Assembly: GCA_963693365.1 (NCBI GenBank)
Contig: CAVNZM010000002.1
Location: forward strand, 17,579,615 to 17,643,614
Length of the DNA stretch: 64,000 bases
Origin: Amoebidium appalachense
Lineage: Eukaryota; Protista; Ichthyosporea
Direction of reading: 5' to 3'
Below, piece after piece: positions 13,664 to 40,763 of the stretch. The position numbers and the translations under genes were made by a program. Under the pieces are notes generated by a model, which made no database searches, was not told the origin of the DNA, and saw only the letters and a program-made list of their open reading frames with translations. Numbering within the stretch: the stretch's first letter is position 1; each line of letters begins with the position of its first letter.

Positions 13664-16600
13664 ACTCTCTCTCTCTGTGTGTGTGTGTGTGTGTGTGTGT
13701 GTTTGTTTGTTTGTGTCTGAGTGTTTCTGTGTGGACGGGTGTGTCTGGCGGTAGGAGTATGATTGGGTGGTGGGGAGGGTGTGCGAGGTTGTGTGTGGTA
13801 TGGTGGTGAGAGAAGGTGTGGTGGTGTGGGTGTGAGAGTGTTAACATATTTAGAGGGTGGTGAGAGTGTATTGAGAGGGGGGTAAAGAGTGTGTGTAGAG
13901 TGATGTGGGTGTGGGTGTGTGTGTATGTGTGGTGCTGTTAGTGTGGATAGTTGCACGGAGCAGTAAAACGGAATGGAGAGGCAGGTGAAGGGCAATGGCT
14001 GCCGGGGAAGGGGGGGAGGGGGGGAAGGGATATGGTTAAGGAAATGAGTGGTGACTGTATTACTTAAAGGTGATGGCCCAAGCGATGTTGGAAGCTGTGT
14101 GTGTGGACCTTGCTGGATGTGTAATAGCCAGAGCTTGGGTAGTGGTGGTGTGTGCACGTGATCATATTGGGTAGTCGTGCTAGTACCGGCTCGTGGGGTG
14201 GTGCATGCAAATGGCACACAGACTGCCACGTGCACACACATGCCCGCATATACCGACACTGACTTGCACGCCCACACACACGTGCCCCCTAACCTATTAA
14301 TTGCCCTCTCCAATCCCTATTCCCTCCCTCCCCCCCGCCTCAAACCCCCCAACACACACACACATGCATTCTCCCGTTCTGCACACACAGGCTTGTAGTG
14401 ATGCATTCAGGTGTGTGTGCCAGATTATAGAGGCACGAGTGTTTGCAGGTATTAAGGTGGGCAGGTGTGCACCCAAGCAGAGGAGGTCCTGCCGTGTACA
14501 ATGCTTGTGTTTCACTTTGCACCACAGTTATGTGCTCATTTTGGTTTTCTCTCTCTCTCTCTCTCTCCCCCCCCCCCCCCCCCCCCCCCCCCCTCCCCCC
14601 TTCCTTTCCCCATCTCCCCCCCCTCTCCCGCCTGCTTGCCCATCTGCCCGCAAGACCCAAAAGAGCAGGAGGGAGCACACATAAGGAATATGCCTTTTAT
14701 ACAGAGCTATTCTCGGAGGGTGTGAGTGTGTGTAGTGTTGGTGGTGGTGGGGGAGGGGGGGGGGGGGGGGGGGGGGTTACCTGAAAGCAGTATGCCAGGG
14801 TGTCCTCCATGTCCTGGTCGGACATAGGGAAGTGCACACGTGGGGCGCCATCCACCCCATCACCACCCTCTTCTAATGTTTCATCTCCCTCCTCCACAAT
14901 CATTCCCTGCCTCAGCCCCTCCAAGTCCGTATTTCCGTGCATGGAATTTCCAACTAAAACCCCCCCTTGCGCAGGTTGCTGCACACTCTTCTGATCAAGG
15001 ACTACGGAGCCCGGGAGCAAAAGCCCCCTGACCATTTTGTGGGTTATCCGTGCCCGTGCGCGCTCCAAATTCTGCCTATGTTTCCGAAATATGTTTGTCA
15101 ACTCCTGGACCACACAGGGCTGCAGCAGCCTAACGGTGAGCTCAAGAGTCGAGGACCCGTCCAGGGCAAACCCCTGCAGGCCCCTCAAAATGGCTTCTTT
15201 GGCTGGTTTCACGTCGTGTAGTTTGCCCGACACTAGCCGATTGTTGTAGCAGCTGTGCGGGTGGCCTATGCGGCGGTAGCAGGGGTTACAGAGGAAGATC
15301 TGCGTGAGGGGGTGGGGTGAGGAGGTGGTGGTGGGTGTGCACTCTGCACGTGCTAGGTGCATGTCTGCACGCAAAGGTGCCCGTGTGTGAGAGTGCTTTT
15401 GTGTGAGCCTATGTGTCGGCATGTGTGTGTTTGTGTGTGTGCCTATGGGTAGATATGCATGACTAAGGTCTACACGGGCCAGTGTCGACTCGTTTGCATG
15501 CCTGAGCGCTCATTCGTGCACGTGCTTGTTCGTTTGTCTGCGAATGTGCAAACGTCCGTGCTTGTGTCTGCTGCGTACGTGTGTACCTACGCCTAAATGC
15601 GGACGTGCTGGCAAGGGGCCGTGTGTGCGCACGTGCACATGAGAATCCGTGCCAAGCCATCTGCATGTGACCTTGTATGCCGCATGTGTGCATGCATGCA
15701 AATGCACCTGCAGATAAGCACTTTCCTGGACATGCTCTTGCGGGCGGTCATGTCTGCATTATGTGCAGCCGTGTGCATGCAGTGTGCATGCGCTTGGGAC
15801 GTGTGTATGTGTCGGTGTAGGTATACTTGCGCAGTATAGATGGCGGGGCAGGGGATGGGTGAACTGCACTTTTTCTGTGTGCGTGGGGCGGGCAGCCAGG
15901 GGGGGGGGGGGGGGGGGGGGGAGGGGGGTTTGAATGCGGAACACGGTACGAAGTACGCATACACGACGAGAAGCATGGTGCAGGACACATGCAAAGGCAA
16001 ACATTCAAGTATGCATCATCAGCCATGTGCACAGTATGCGTCATAAGCAGAGCCCATCCTCAGGGAGGACCCAAGTCATCAATTGCGTCTGAGTTTCGAC
16101 CCCTTAGCCCGCGTATATACGACGCTCCAACTCAGACAGCAGCATCAACTGAACTTGGGCGGGTCAACCCGTCTTGATCAAAGACGAGCAGGGTTGCTTA
16201 TGCAAGCAAGGTGAGCAAAACGGTGAAGATGTGTGTGCAAACTAATGCAGTGCAGCAAAAAATGTGTATGTGCTTAGGGGGGGGGGGGGGGGGGGGGTTT
16301 GAATGCGGAACACAGTACGAAGTACGCATAGACGATGAGAAGCATGATGCAGGACACATGCAAAGGCAAACATTCAAGTATGCAGCATCAGCCATGCGCA
16401 CAGTATGCGTCATAAGCAGAGCCCATCCTCAGGGAGGGCCCAAGTCATCAATTGCGTCTGAGTTTCGACCCCTTAGCCCGCGTATATACGACGCTCCAAC
16501 TCAGACAGCAGCATCAACTGAACTTGGGTGGGTCAACCCGTCTGGGGGATGGGTCTGGTGTTGTGCCCACTTTACCATGTGAGTGAGGAAGGGGGCGGAA

Positions 16601-17818
16601 ATGGGGGGAGGGATGTGGAGAGGGTTGCATTAGTTGCCCCGAGGCATTGCACACATAGTCATATGCAACCCACCAAATGCTCAAAGGGGCGAGCATGTGT
16701 GCGGACGTACACAAAGGTTGGATCGACACGGATATGATGCACATACACCAAGTCACGTGTGCAGCACGCACAACCCAGCACAAACAGACATGTTTGTACA
16801 TGGGGCGCACAAGCAAACACATGCTCTCTTATGCCCGCCACCTGCTTCGGTACAAGCATGGTGCCGACGCATACATATGTGTGCCTGCAGGCGCATGTGT
16901 CTGCACCGGTGCATGCACGTGCACATGCATATGTGTGCCTGCAGGTGATGCATACATATGTGTGCCTGCAGGCGCATGTGTCTGCACCTGTGCATGCACG
17001 TGATGCATACATATGTGTGCCTGCAGGCGCATGTGTCTGCACCTGTGCATGCACGTGATGCATACATATGTGTGCCTGCAGGTGCACGTGTCTGCACCTG
17101 TGCATGCACGTGATGCATACATATGTGTGCCTGCAGGCGCATGTGTCTGCACCTGTGCATGCACGTGATGCATTCATATGTGTGCCTGCAGGCGCATGTG
17201 TCTGCACCTGTGCATGCACGTGATGCATACATATGTGTGCCTGCAGGCGCATGTGTCTGCACCTGTGCATGCACGTGATGCATACATATGTGTGCCTGCA
17301 GGCGCACGTGTCTGCACCTGTGCATGCACGTGATGCATACATATGTGTGCCTGCAGGCGCATGTGTCTGCACCTGTGCATGCACGTGATGCATACATATG
17401 TGTGCCTGCAGGCGCATGTGTGTGTCTGCACCTGTGCATGCACGTGATGCATACATATGTGGGGCTGTACCTTGCACACGGGGCAGAACCATCTGCGCTC
17501 GGTGCCGCGTATGGGCTGGCCACACTCCACACAGCCACACTTGGCCCCATTTGCCAGCTCCTGCTTGCCCCCCTGCCTCTCCTGTTCCCCCCTCTCCTGC
17601 CTCCCCTCCTGCCGCTCCATCTTCACATTTGATTGGTCCCCTGGCGCTATATCTATCCCTGCGGCATTTCCATATAAGGCAGCGTACGGTGAGCAGGGCC
17701 GAATGACGGCTGTGCTCATGTCTGATTGGTTGTGCCCCACTGCACGTGACGTGATGGGACACACTGCACGTGCAACATGTGTGACCGGAGATGGTGCATG
17801 TGACTGGCCAGACCAGGA
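6563..17818 (-). CDS. ZZ-type zinc finger protein with long Pro/Gly/Arg/Gln-rich low-complexity C-terminus (>=9 exons, ~1250 aa; 5' end unresolved)
   Basis: Phase-consistent GT-AG exons: 17818-17471, 15299-14781, 13499-13340, 12683-12512, 12219-12084, 11718-11621, 10716-10059, 8697-8599, 8107-6563. The first splice yields CVECGQPIRGTERRWFCPVCK|IFLCNPCYRRIGHPH, a ZZ-finger pattern (CxxC..RWxCxxC..LCxxCY..HxH). Further upstream exons near 17.9-18.5 kb are possible. Confidence 0.75.
11871..11997. repeat. 17-bp minisatellite (CACGTGCACCACCTAAC) x ~7.5, intronic
   Basis: Near-perfect head-to-tail units, flanked by two diverged copies of a ~75-bp segment (about 11808-11880 and 12003-12081). Confidence 0.92.
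12434..12494 (+). mobile_element. Dispersed short element, second subfamily (TTTGAATGCGTCA..), flanked by G-runs; related copies at 10910-10930 (+, truncated) and 28249-28302 (-)
   Basis: Shared TTGAATGCGTCA.A.AGTACGAAG.ACAC.AGAACAA.CGGATAACACGAT sequence between 12434 and the reverse complement of 28249-28302. Confidence 0.65.
15925..16545. repeat. Direct duplication of ~250 bp (15925-16176 and 16295-16545), each starting with a G-tract-attached short element
   Basis: Both copies read (G)n TTTGAATGCGGAACAC.GTACGAAGTACGCATA...GGGTCAACCCGTCT with few substitutions. Confidence 0.92.
16868..17460. repeat. 55-bp minisatellite (CATACATATGTGTGCCTGCAGGCGCATGTGTCTGCACCTGTGCATGCACGTGATG) x ~10
   Basis: Highly homogeneous tandem units at the 5' end of the intron that splits the ZZ finger. 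Confidence 0.95.
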
Positions 17819-20800
17819 CTATGTGTCTTTCACCGCAATGTGTGTGTGTGTGTGTGTGTGTGTAGGTAGACTACGCATATGTGTAGACAGGGGCACTGCC
17901 GTGCATGCCCAATATGTCTGTGGAGGACCCTTCACATCGGGTTCATGTCTTTCCAGCAACTTTTCCAACAGCCTGCGAGGACACACCAGGATCAGCAAAC
18001 AAGCGCGTGGTGTGAGTGGGGGAGGAGAGAGCCTGGTGGTGGGTTGTCAGAAAAGAAGCTCAAATGTGCCAAGAAGAAAGTGGGATGCAAGATGCTTAAA
18101 CAGGGTGTTGGCCGTAGAGAGGTAGAGGTCCGCTTGTGTCCGTGTGTGTACGTGTTTTACGAATAGTGGATTCGTTGGCAGACATGAAGCAAACACGAGC
18201 CCTTTACAGTGTGAGTTAGAGTGGATTTACCAAGTACACACACACTGTGGCTGTGTGTCTTGCCTTAACTGCTTGTTTTCTGTTGCGCAACTGAGAGCAT
18301 GGGTGCTACACATGGCCTGTCTAATGGCCAAGCTTTCCTAACCTCAGCTCATAGCGCTTTCGAGCACGGCACCCCCAGAGAGTTGCTTAACAGTGGAGAA
18401 CAAAAGGAGGCGGTAGGCAGACGAAGTAGATAGTACAGAGTGGGAACTGGGGAAAGCTAACACACTGGAAAAAATGTTTTTGACATCGATCACGAGTACG
18501 GAACTTGTGTAAAAGAGCCAGTAAATGACACGGGATTTTGTGCCTATGTGTTGTGTTACCAAAGAGACAGAACAAAAGGTGTGCTATAGTGAAGTGACAT
18601 GAAACGCCCCTTTCAGCCACAAAACGCAAAAAAAAACTGAACGTGAAAGATAATGAAACCAGCGTGTGAAGGTAAATAGCAATCACGGACAAACGGTCAA
18701 CGCTATCTTGTGTGATTTTTCGCTGTTGAAAGTGAGAAAACGTGGCACATTACGGTCCGTGCAGTTTTTCCTATCTAAATAATCTCTTGTCACCAGCAGG
18801 TATGCTTTATTGTGTCAAAGCACTTCCCAAAGAAAAAATATGACTGCTTTCCGTAAGAACTTTGGTTTTCACCTATGCGTTTCGCAAAAAAGGAGGTGAG
18901 AACCCAAGAAAAAAAGAACCCGATTTGACTTGGAACAACCTCCGTTGAACCCTCCAGACAGACGTGGTCACCCACCCATGTTTTAATAGAAAAAAACTGC
19001 ACAACGCGGGAAACAATTGACATGCTAAGACGTTATTTCATGCCATCCACGCGCATGCTTGGTTTTCTACGCCTTTTTTACGCCAACATTTCACGTCTTT
19101 GCCCTACCACATCCCAGCAGAATCCTCACCTGGAAACGTGGCTCCCGGGCTGCAGCCCTCTTCGCAACTTCTTGACCAACACTCTTGTACACTACTCAGC
19201 AAATCCACGGACGCCAAACTAGCACAACACACAAACTTTTTCTATTCTACGCAGGTGCTTTGTTCCCCTCCCTCGAAACGGGTTTTTTGCCTTCGTTTGC
19301 CTCCGGGAATCAAGCAACGAGGGCGAGGTGTACGTAGAGTGCTCTGATTGCCAGCAAAAACCTTGTGCGGGCTTTTGTGAGGCAGGCGCACACATTGAGG
19401 CCGGGGAACCGGGCCAGAATCGCGTGGCAATTCGGGTCGGGTCTTGAGCTGTGAACCCGCATCATCGCGTGGCACCAAGTCTGCTTATAGTATTCCTAAT
19501 TTGCTAAAAACTTATAATGTGCATTATTTATGAAACTAGTACGCTACATAGGCAAGAAAAAAAATCAGCATAGAAAGTATCATAAATTATACTCCTACTT
19601 TTTGCCATTCATGAATCATGAGGGTGCCGGCTTATCATCGTTTGAAGTGAGATGAATTGTTTCAACGGATCTTATCTAGCCTGATATGCAACCTATCAAA
19701 AAGCCAAAACTTTTGTTAGCCATAACTTGGCCAATCGTACTAATCAACGGTAGAAAACTGGCCACTCATATCATGGGACAGCCCAGCGTAACATGCCAGA
19801 AAGGTTCTTTCTTAGTCGATTGGTGTAAAATTCACCCAATTAGAATCGTGTCTCGTATTGCGTGTAAATTATGCCGGCATCAAGTTGCTTGGCGCGGGCC
19901 GCGGATCGAGTCCGCGCCACGGCCGTGGCGAATCGAGGCCGCGGCCACATGGGATGCCACAATGATCATATATATATATGGTGGCCATTGTACAGCCATG
20001 GGTGAAAACAACGGCAAGCGGATTGCAGTATAGCAAACAGAAAACTTTTAATTATATTAAACCATCTAAACGGCGAAACAAAAGGCATTAGAGGCTATGT
20101 TCTGCAAGTACATCGACGCCCTCTGCGGTTCGGAACGGATGACATGTCAGACTGCTCGACATTTGCCGTGTCGTCCGCTCTTATATACTTCTGGGCCGAG
20201 CATAATCAGAGGCGCGCGGGCCAACGTAGGAATGTATGACGCTCCACCAATCAGGAGCCAGGCCCTTTGGAACGACTCTCATGACCTCAGTCGCACCAGA
20301 ACAAGTGAAGATATACGAGCCTGCGTAACCAAGAAAATAAAGCATAAACTAACATAATCAATAATTATCACTAGTGAGAAGATCCTAACTCACTAAATGG
20401 GATGTGAAACAGGATGTATTGACATGTGAACATCTTCATTATGACAACGTTACGAAAACCTCGCATATCATTATCTTAGCATCTTGTATTCGGTCAGATT
20501 AGGCAATGGATACATCATACGCCTTATAAATATATGAAGCTTTGGTTCGCATATGTTAATTCGGTTTATGATTCTTCAAGCCCACCAAAACCATGTGCTG
20601 ACCGTGACCGCATACACACAACGGTAGTTATTTCCCTATCCATGCTTCAATGGCTTCAAGTCCGCGCATAAGAGCCTCAAGCCCAACCGCGGAGGTATAA
20701 AAGGGTGTTCCGTTTTTCAGTTTTCATCCTTGGCCGTGGCCCGGCGTAGCGTGACTCGTACAGCTGGTGCCGCCTGCGGGATCATGTATCAGCGTACTAT

Positions 20801-21506
20801 TGAGCGATATCATCAGATAAACATGGCATGTACGTAGGTTTGGGGCATATGAATGAGTAAGGGAGGAAGGACAGTTATCTTGCAACAACAAAAAAATACA
20901 ACTCATGCATAACGCTCATCATGAGCATATGCTTCGAATTCATGCGTGCGCACACGATGCAAGTACGCAAGTGCATGTCCGAGCCAGTGCGCATGCATGC
21001 ATGCATACGATTTACGCGTGTATGTACGTGCATGTGCATGTATACTGTATACATGTATACATTATCATACTCTAGACTTACATATTCCTACTTTTTTTGT
21101 AGTCTTATGAAAACTATTTTGGAACTTCTAAGAACAGTTGAGAACATGGCATGTTCATATGTATGAACTGGTCTTTCTCTAGCTGATGGTATTATTGATC
21201 AATTACCACGCTTTTACTGTACACGTGCTATACAGTGGAGATCTAATAAGTATAAGGTGGCATCATTTGCATGCCCAAACAACACACACACACACCAGTT
21301 TAACCGGTCATGTATCGCCAAATGTAGTTTGATAGACCACATAATACCGCAACACACACACGTCACATTCACAACAGACACCCAGAAAGATAGCCTACCT
21401 GTAAATTACAACATCCTTGATTTTATACTAAACACGCGTAACTACGACCTGTTTATTAGATGTATTGATTGGCTTGAGAAACACATCACTACAAAATTAT
21501 AGCGCA

Positions 21507-21573
<67 letters not shown>

Positions 21574-21605
21574 CCAGCTGATACCGAGTGTCCCGAGGGG
21601 AGCCC

Positions 21606-21660
<55 letters not shown>

Positions 21661-22824
21661 GGGGAACCCCAACTAATTGATTTCTCCTTGTAGTCTTTAT
21701 GGTGTCTCGTAGAGAAAGTAAACCCTGATATATAGTCACCACCCGACATCTATGTACGTGATCATGATATACCGCTGAGGGGATATTCCGAGCAAAACCC
21801 CCCCCCCCCCATACCTGAGACTGGTTCTCTTTGCCTCGAGTAAACAGCGTAAACCCCCTGTATGATCTGACTCTGGTGTTTATAGTTTTATAAAGTCATC
21901 GACGTCTCAGTGATCGCGATTCGCCGGGCGGATCCAATCTTCGCGAGGGTCTCGCATTCTTTCATTAGCCAAAAATGGAAATCCATCGTGAAACGCGACG
22001 TAATGGAAACCACCAATTTTTTGACGATCACTCGCGAATTGCGATAGTCTTCGCCAAAAATGGCAGGTATCACATTCGCGATCCCCAATGGAAACGCGGC
22101 CAATGTGTGAGTCAGTGCCACGGTGACGTCATCGATAGCCAATCAGACACCATGTTGCTGGCAGGGTAGGGATTACAAATACGATACGAATAGGGTCAGG
22201 GTACCCTCGTAACAGCTTTCGTATCAGGTGTGTAGCATTATAAAAGCTTATATATGTAATTTTTTCCCTATTTTTCAATATTTCTGCTCAAGAACAGCAC
22301 ATTCCCCCCCAAGAACATATCTACAGCGCTTCTCATGTGCAATATCGAGCCCCGATAAGTTTCCAGGGCTTGTAATCTTGAGGTGCTCAATTTGTAAAAA
22401 CACGTATTTTGAGTTTTGCGACTGGAGGGGCGTTTTAGGCGGGGCTTGTAGCTCCCCAAGAACCCACCCGTTACGATTTAAGAAATTGTCCGTTGCGATT
22501 GGCCAAAGGGCGTATGGTTAAGCTGGCGAACCCCAGCCCAACCCTGGTTGCTGGGCGGAGATGCCGTCGGGCCGAATAAAGCTATTCCCTTTTTTTGGCG
22601 GCCGCTCGAGGGTCCTGACTCCTGGAGTCCTGGGGCCGGGAGGCCTTACCGTGAAGCAGACCGTGAAAGGAGCTGTCGACCAAGTTCGTTCGACCTCTTA
22701 TGCCGTACCACCACTGCTTTGCTTGACACCTATATGGCTTAGTAGTACTACGATTATACTGCCCACACATAGCCAGCCCCCCTTTAGCCGCATACTCTCG
22801 CCTATAGGCTCACGGACACACAAC

Positions 22825-34262
<11,438 letters not shown>

Positions 34263-34406
34263 GGTCATAGTATTACTGGTTGCTGCGTAGGTGTGTAGTT
34301 GTCTGTGCTTGGTTGCAATTGGTTGCGGTGTTTGTTTGGATACATCAGTAGTGGCATTCACAAGCCAGATGACACAAGCACAAGTACAAGCATCATACAT
34401 CGGATA

Positions 34407-34473
<67 letters not shown>

Positions 34474-34988
34474 CTGCATGTTGCCATAAATTTGTGGCCT
34501 CTTTTTGGCTCCCTGGTTGGTTGGTTGGTTGTTAGTGGAGGGGGGGGGGGGGGGGGGGGGGGGGGATGGATATTTAAACCCGTGTACATAGAGATGTTAC
34601 ACTACAGCCCCTGTCTGTCCGTTGAAAGAAAAAGCTGTGGTGCCCGTTGGGTGGACTTTGTAAAGATGTGGCCTGTGGTCACTTGTGAATTACGTGAGTG
34701 TGTCTGAAGAATGCCTTTCTCCACGTGGGCCCTGTGGGCCCACACTACCAACAATCCCATCACTGCATGTCGCAACAGCACACAGGCGCTTAGAATGTGC
34801 TTGGGCCTGCTGGGTCCGACAAAGCAACACAGTGTGAACATTGGCGTAACTGTATGTTAATGTGTGTGTGTGTGTGTGTGTCTGTGTCTGTGTCTGTGTC
34901 TGTGTCTGTGTGTGTGGGGGAGGGGGGGGGATATTGTCGTGGACCGGATCGGAGCTCCATAGCCAGCTGACCTATAGAGAGGGCCGGC

Positions 34989-35398
34989 TCAACCACATCG
35001 GCTGAGTTAATTTGCTCCGAGCAGCATTATTCGACTGCTTAAAGCAGATTTATTTAGCAAAAGCAGAAATCTGATTCTGATAAAAGCAGCATTTTTCTGC
35101 AAACAACAGAATTAAAAAGCTAAAAGCAAGATAGTTCTGCTAAAAGCAGAACGATTCTGCTAAATGCATAATTATTTGATCTGGTGCAAGTTATAATTAT
35201 GCTGTCGAAAGCAGAATAATTCTGTTTTTTGTCTAATAACTGCGAAAAGCAGAATAATTTTGCTACTCAAAAAGCAGGGTGGTTCTGCTCAAAGCAGAAT
35301 AATTCTGCTTTTGCAGAAAAACCCTGCTTTTTGCAGAATGAATCTGCTATTGCAGAATAATTTAACTTTTTGCATGTTGGCCCTGCCGATGTGGTTGA
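34989..35398. mobile_element. Putative MITE / non-autonomous DNA transposon with 14-bp terminal inverted repeats
   Basis: TCAACCACATCGGC (34989-35002) and GCCGATGTGGTTGA (35385-35398) are exact reverse complements. The AT-rich interior holds many AAAGCAGAAT/ATTCTGCT motifs in both orientations and no ORF. Confidence 0.7.
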
Positions 35399-36583
35399 AT
35401 CCTCTAGAGAACTCTAGTTGTCAATGCATATGACCTAAAACCGCGGCAATGCATGCATATATGGACATCACAGTACATTACATAAATACCCCAGATGCGC
35501 ATTATACGCTTTCTAACTGCACAAATGCATGCAGGCCTAGGTGTGCATGCCATATATACACATGTAGAACACACATGTAAGTTGCGCACCAACACGCACC
35601 TGCAAGTCTTTTCATGTGTAGACAAACTAACCTCACTCCAGGCACACATTTACGTATGTACTTTGATGTATACAGGCCGTCACAAAAAGACGTACCTGAG
35701 CTGAAGGCCCCACATAGTGGATTCAGCGGCACGTACAGAGATATGTCATAGCAGAGACACATGTACAGGCATGCACATGCACATCACATGGAGCTAGGAG
35801 AGGCAGCATTGTGTCGGACACACGGCCCTGGACGCGTACCAATATGATGCGCTTGTACAGACACGTAGTGCCTCCCTCTGGACATGCATACTGATGTGTG
35901 CTTGATGATATCAATCCTTTGAATGCGCACGCACACACACACGGACGCAGGCACGCAAGCACACACGTACACAAACACACTCCATGCCCTCCTCGCCTGC
36001 AGGTTTACTTGTGCGCACCCACAGGGCAGCGGCAATCCAGGGCTAAAAATAGCTCGCGTCAATCATCACGTCATTCGCCCAACCGTGTTGGTGCTGGCGG
36101 TGTAAAAAAAAAAAGACTATGTGCACCCATGTTATAAATGCAAAGACACCCACAACATGGAAGAAAACCTAACGGCCTAGGGTAGCACACTCACTATCTC
36201 AAAACTAGAGAATTAATGAAACTATGGCGGTTGTCAGATTCCAGATTAATCCCCATGCATGACTCCGACTAAATAGCACAACTCTTCTACATTTCATCTA
36301 ATACCAGGGACATGCGTCACAAAGCTAAATTGCCAATCATCAAAAGGGGAAAAAAAAACATCACCGGAAGGGGTGCCTGCATATGCACCCACCACCGTCT
36401 TTTAAAACACCCATCCATTGGGCGTCTATCTTCAGTTACCAGCCTTACAGCTTGCACTAAAACTCTATGTCCCAATCAACAGAGACAACTACATTATAAA
36501 CCTCAGCCGGGTTCTAAACTACTGCCTGCCCAATCACCGCGTCAAAAGTTAAGATTAAGCATTTTATAATTTTAAGTGAGCAT

Positions 36584-40763
<4,180 letters not shown>

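Noticed and set aside
15708-15753. Exon-like segment (MTARKSMSRKVLICR) inside the ZZ intron
   Set aside because: 46 nt with an immediate in-frame TGA in the required phase; inclusion would break the ZZ finger.
16659-17550. Repetitive 265-367 aa ORFs over the 55-bp array
   Set aside because: Read-through of an intronic minisatellite; the real exon ends at the GT donor at 17470.
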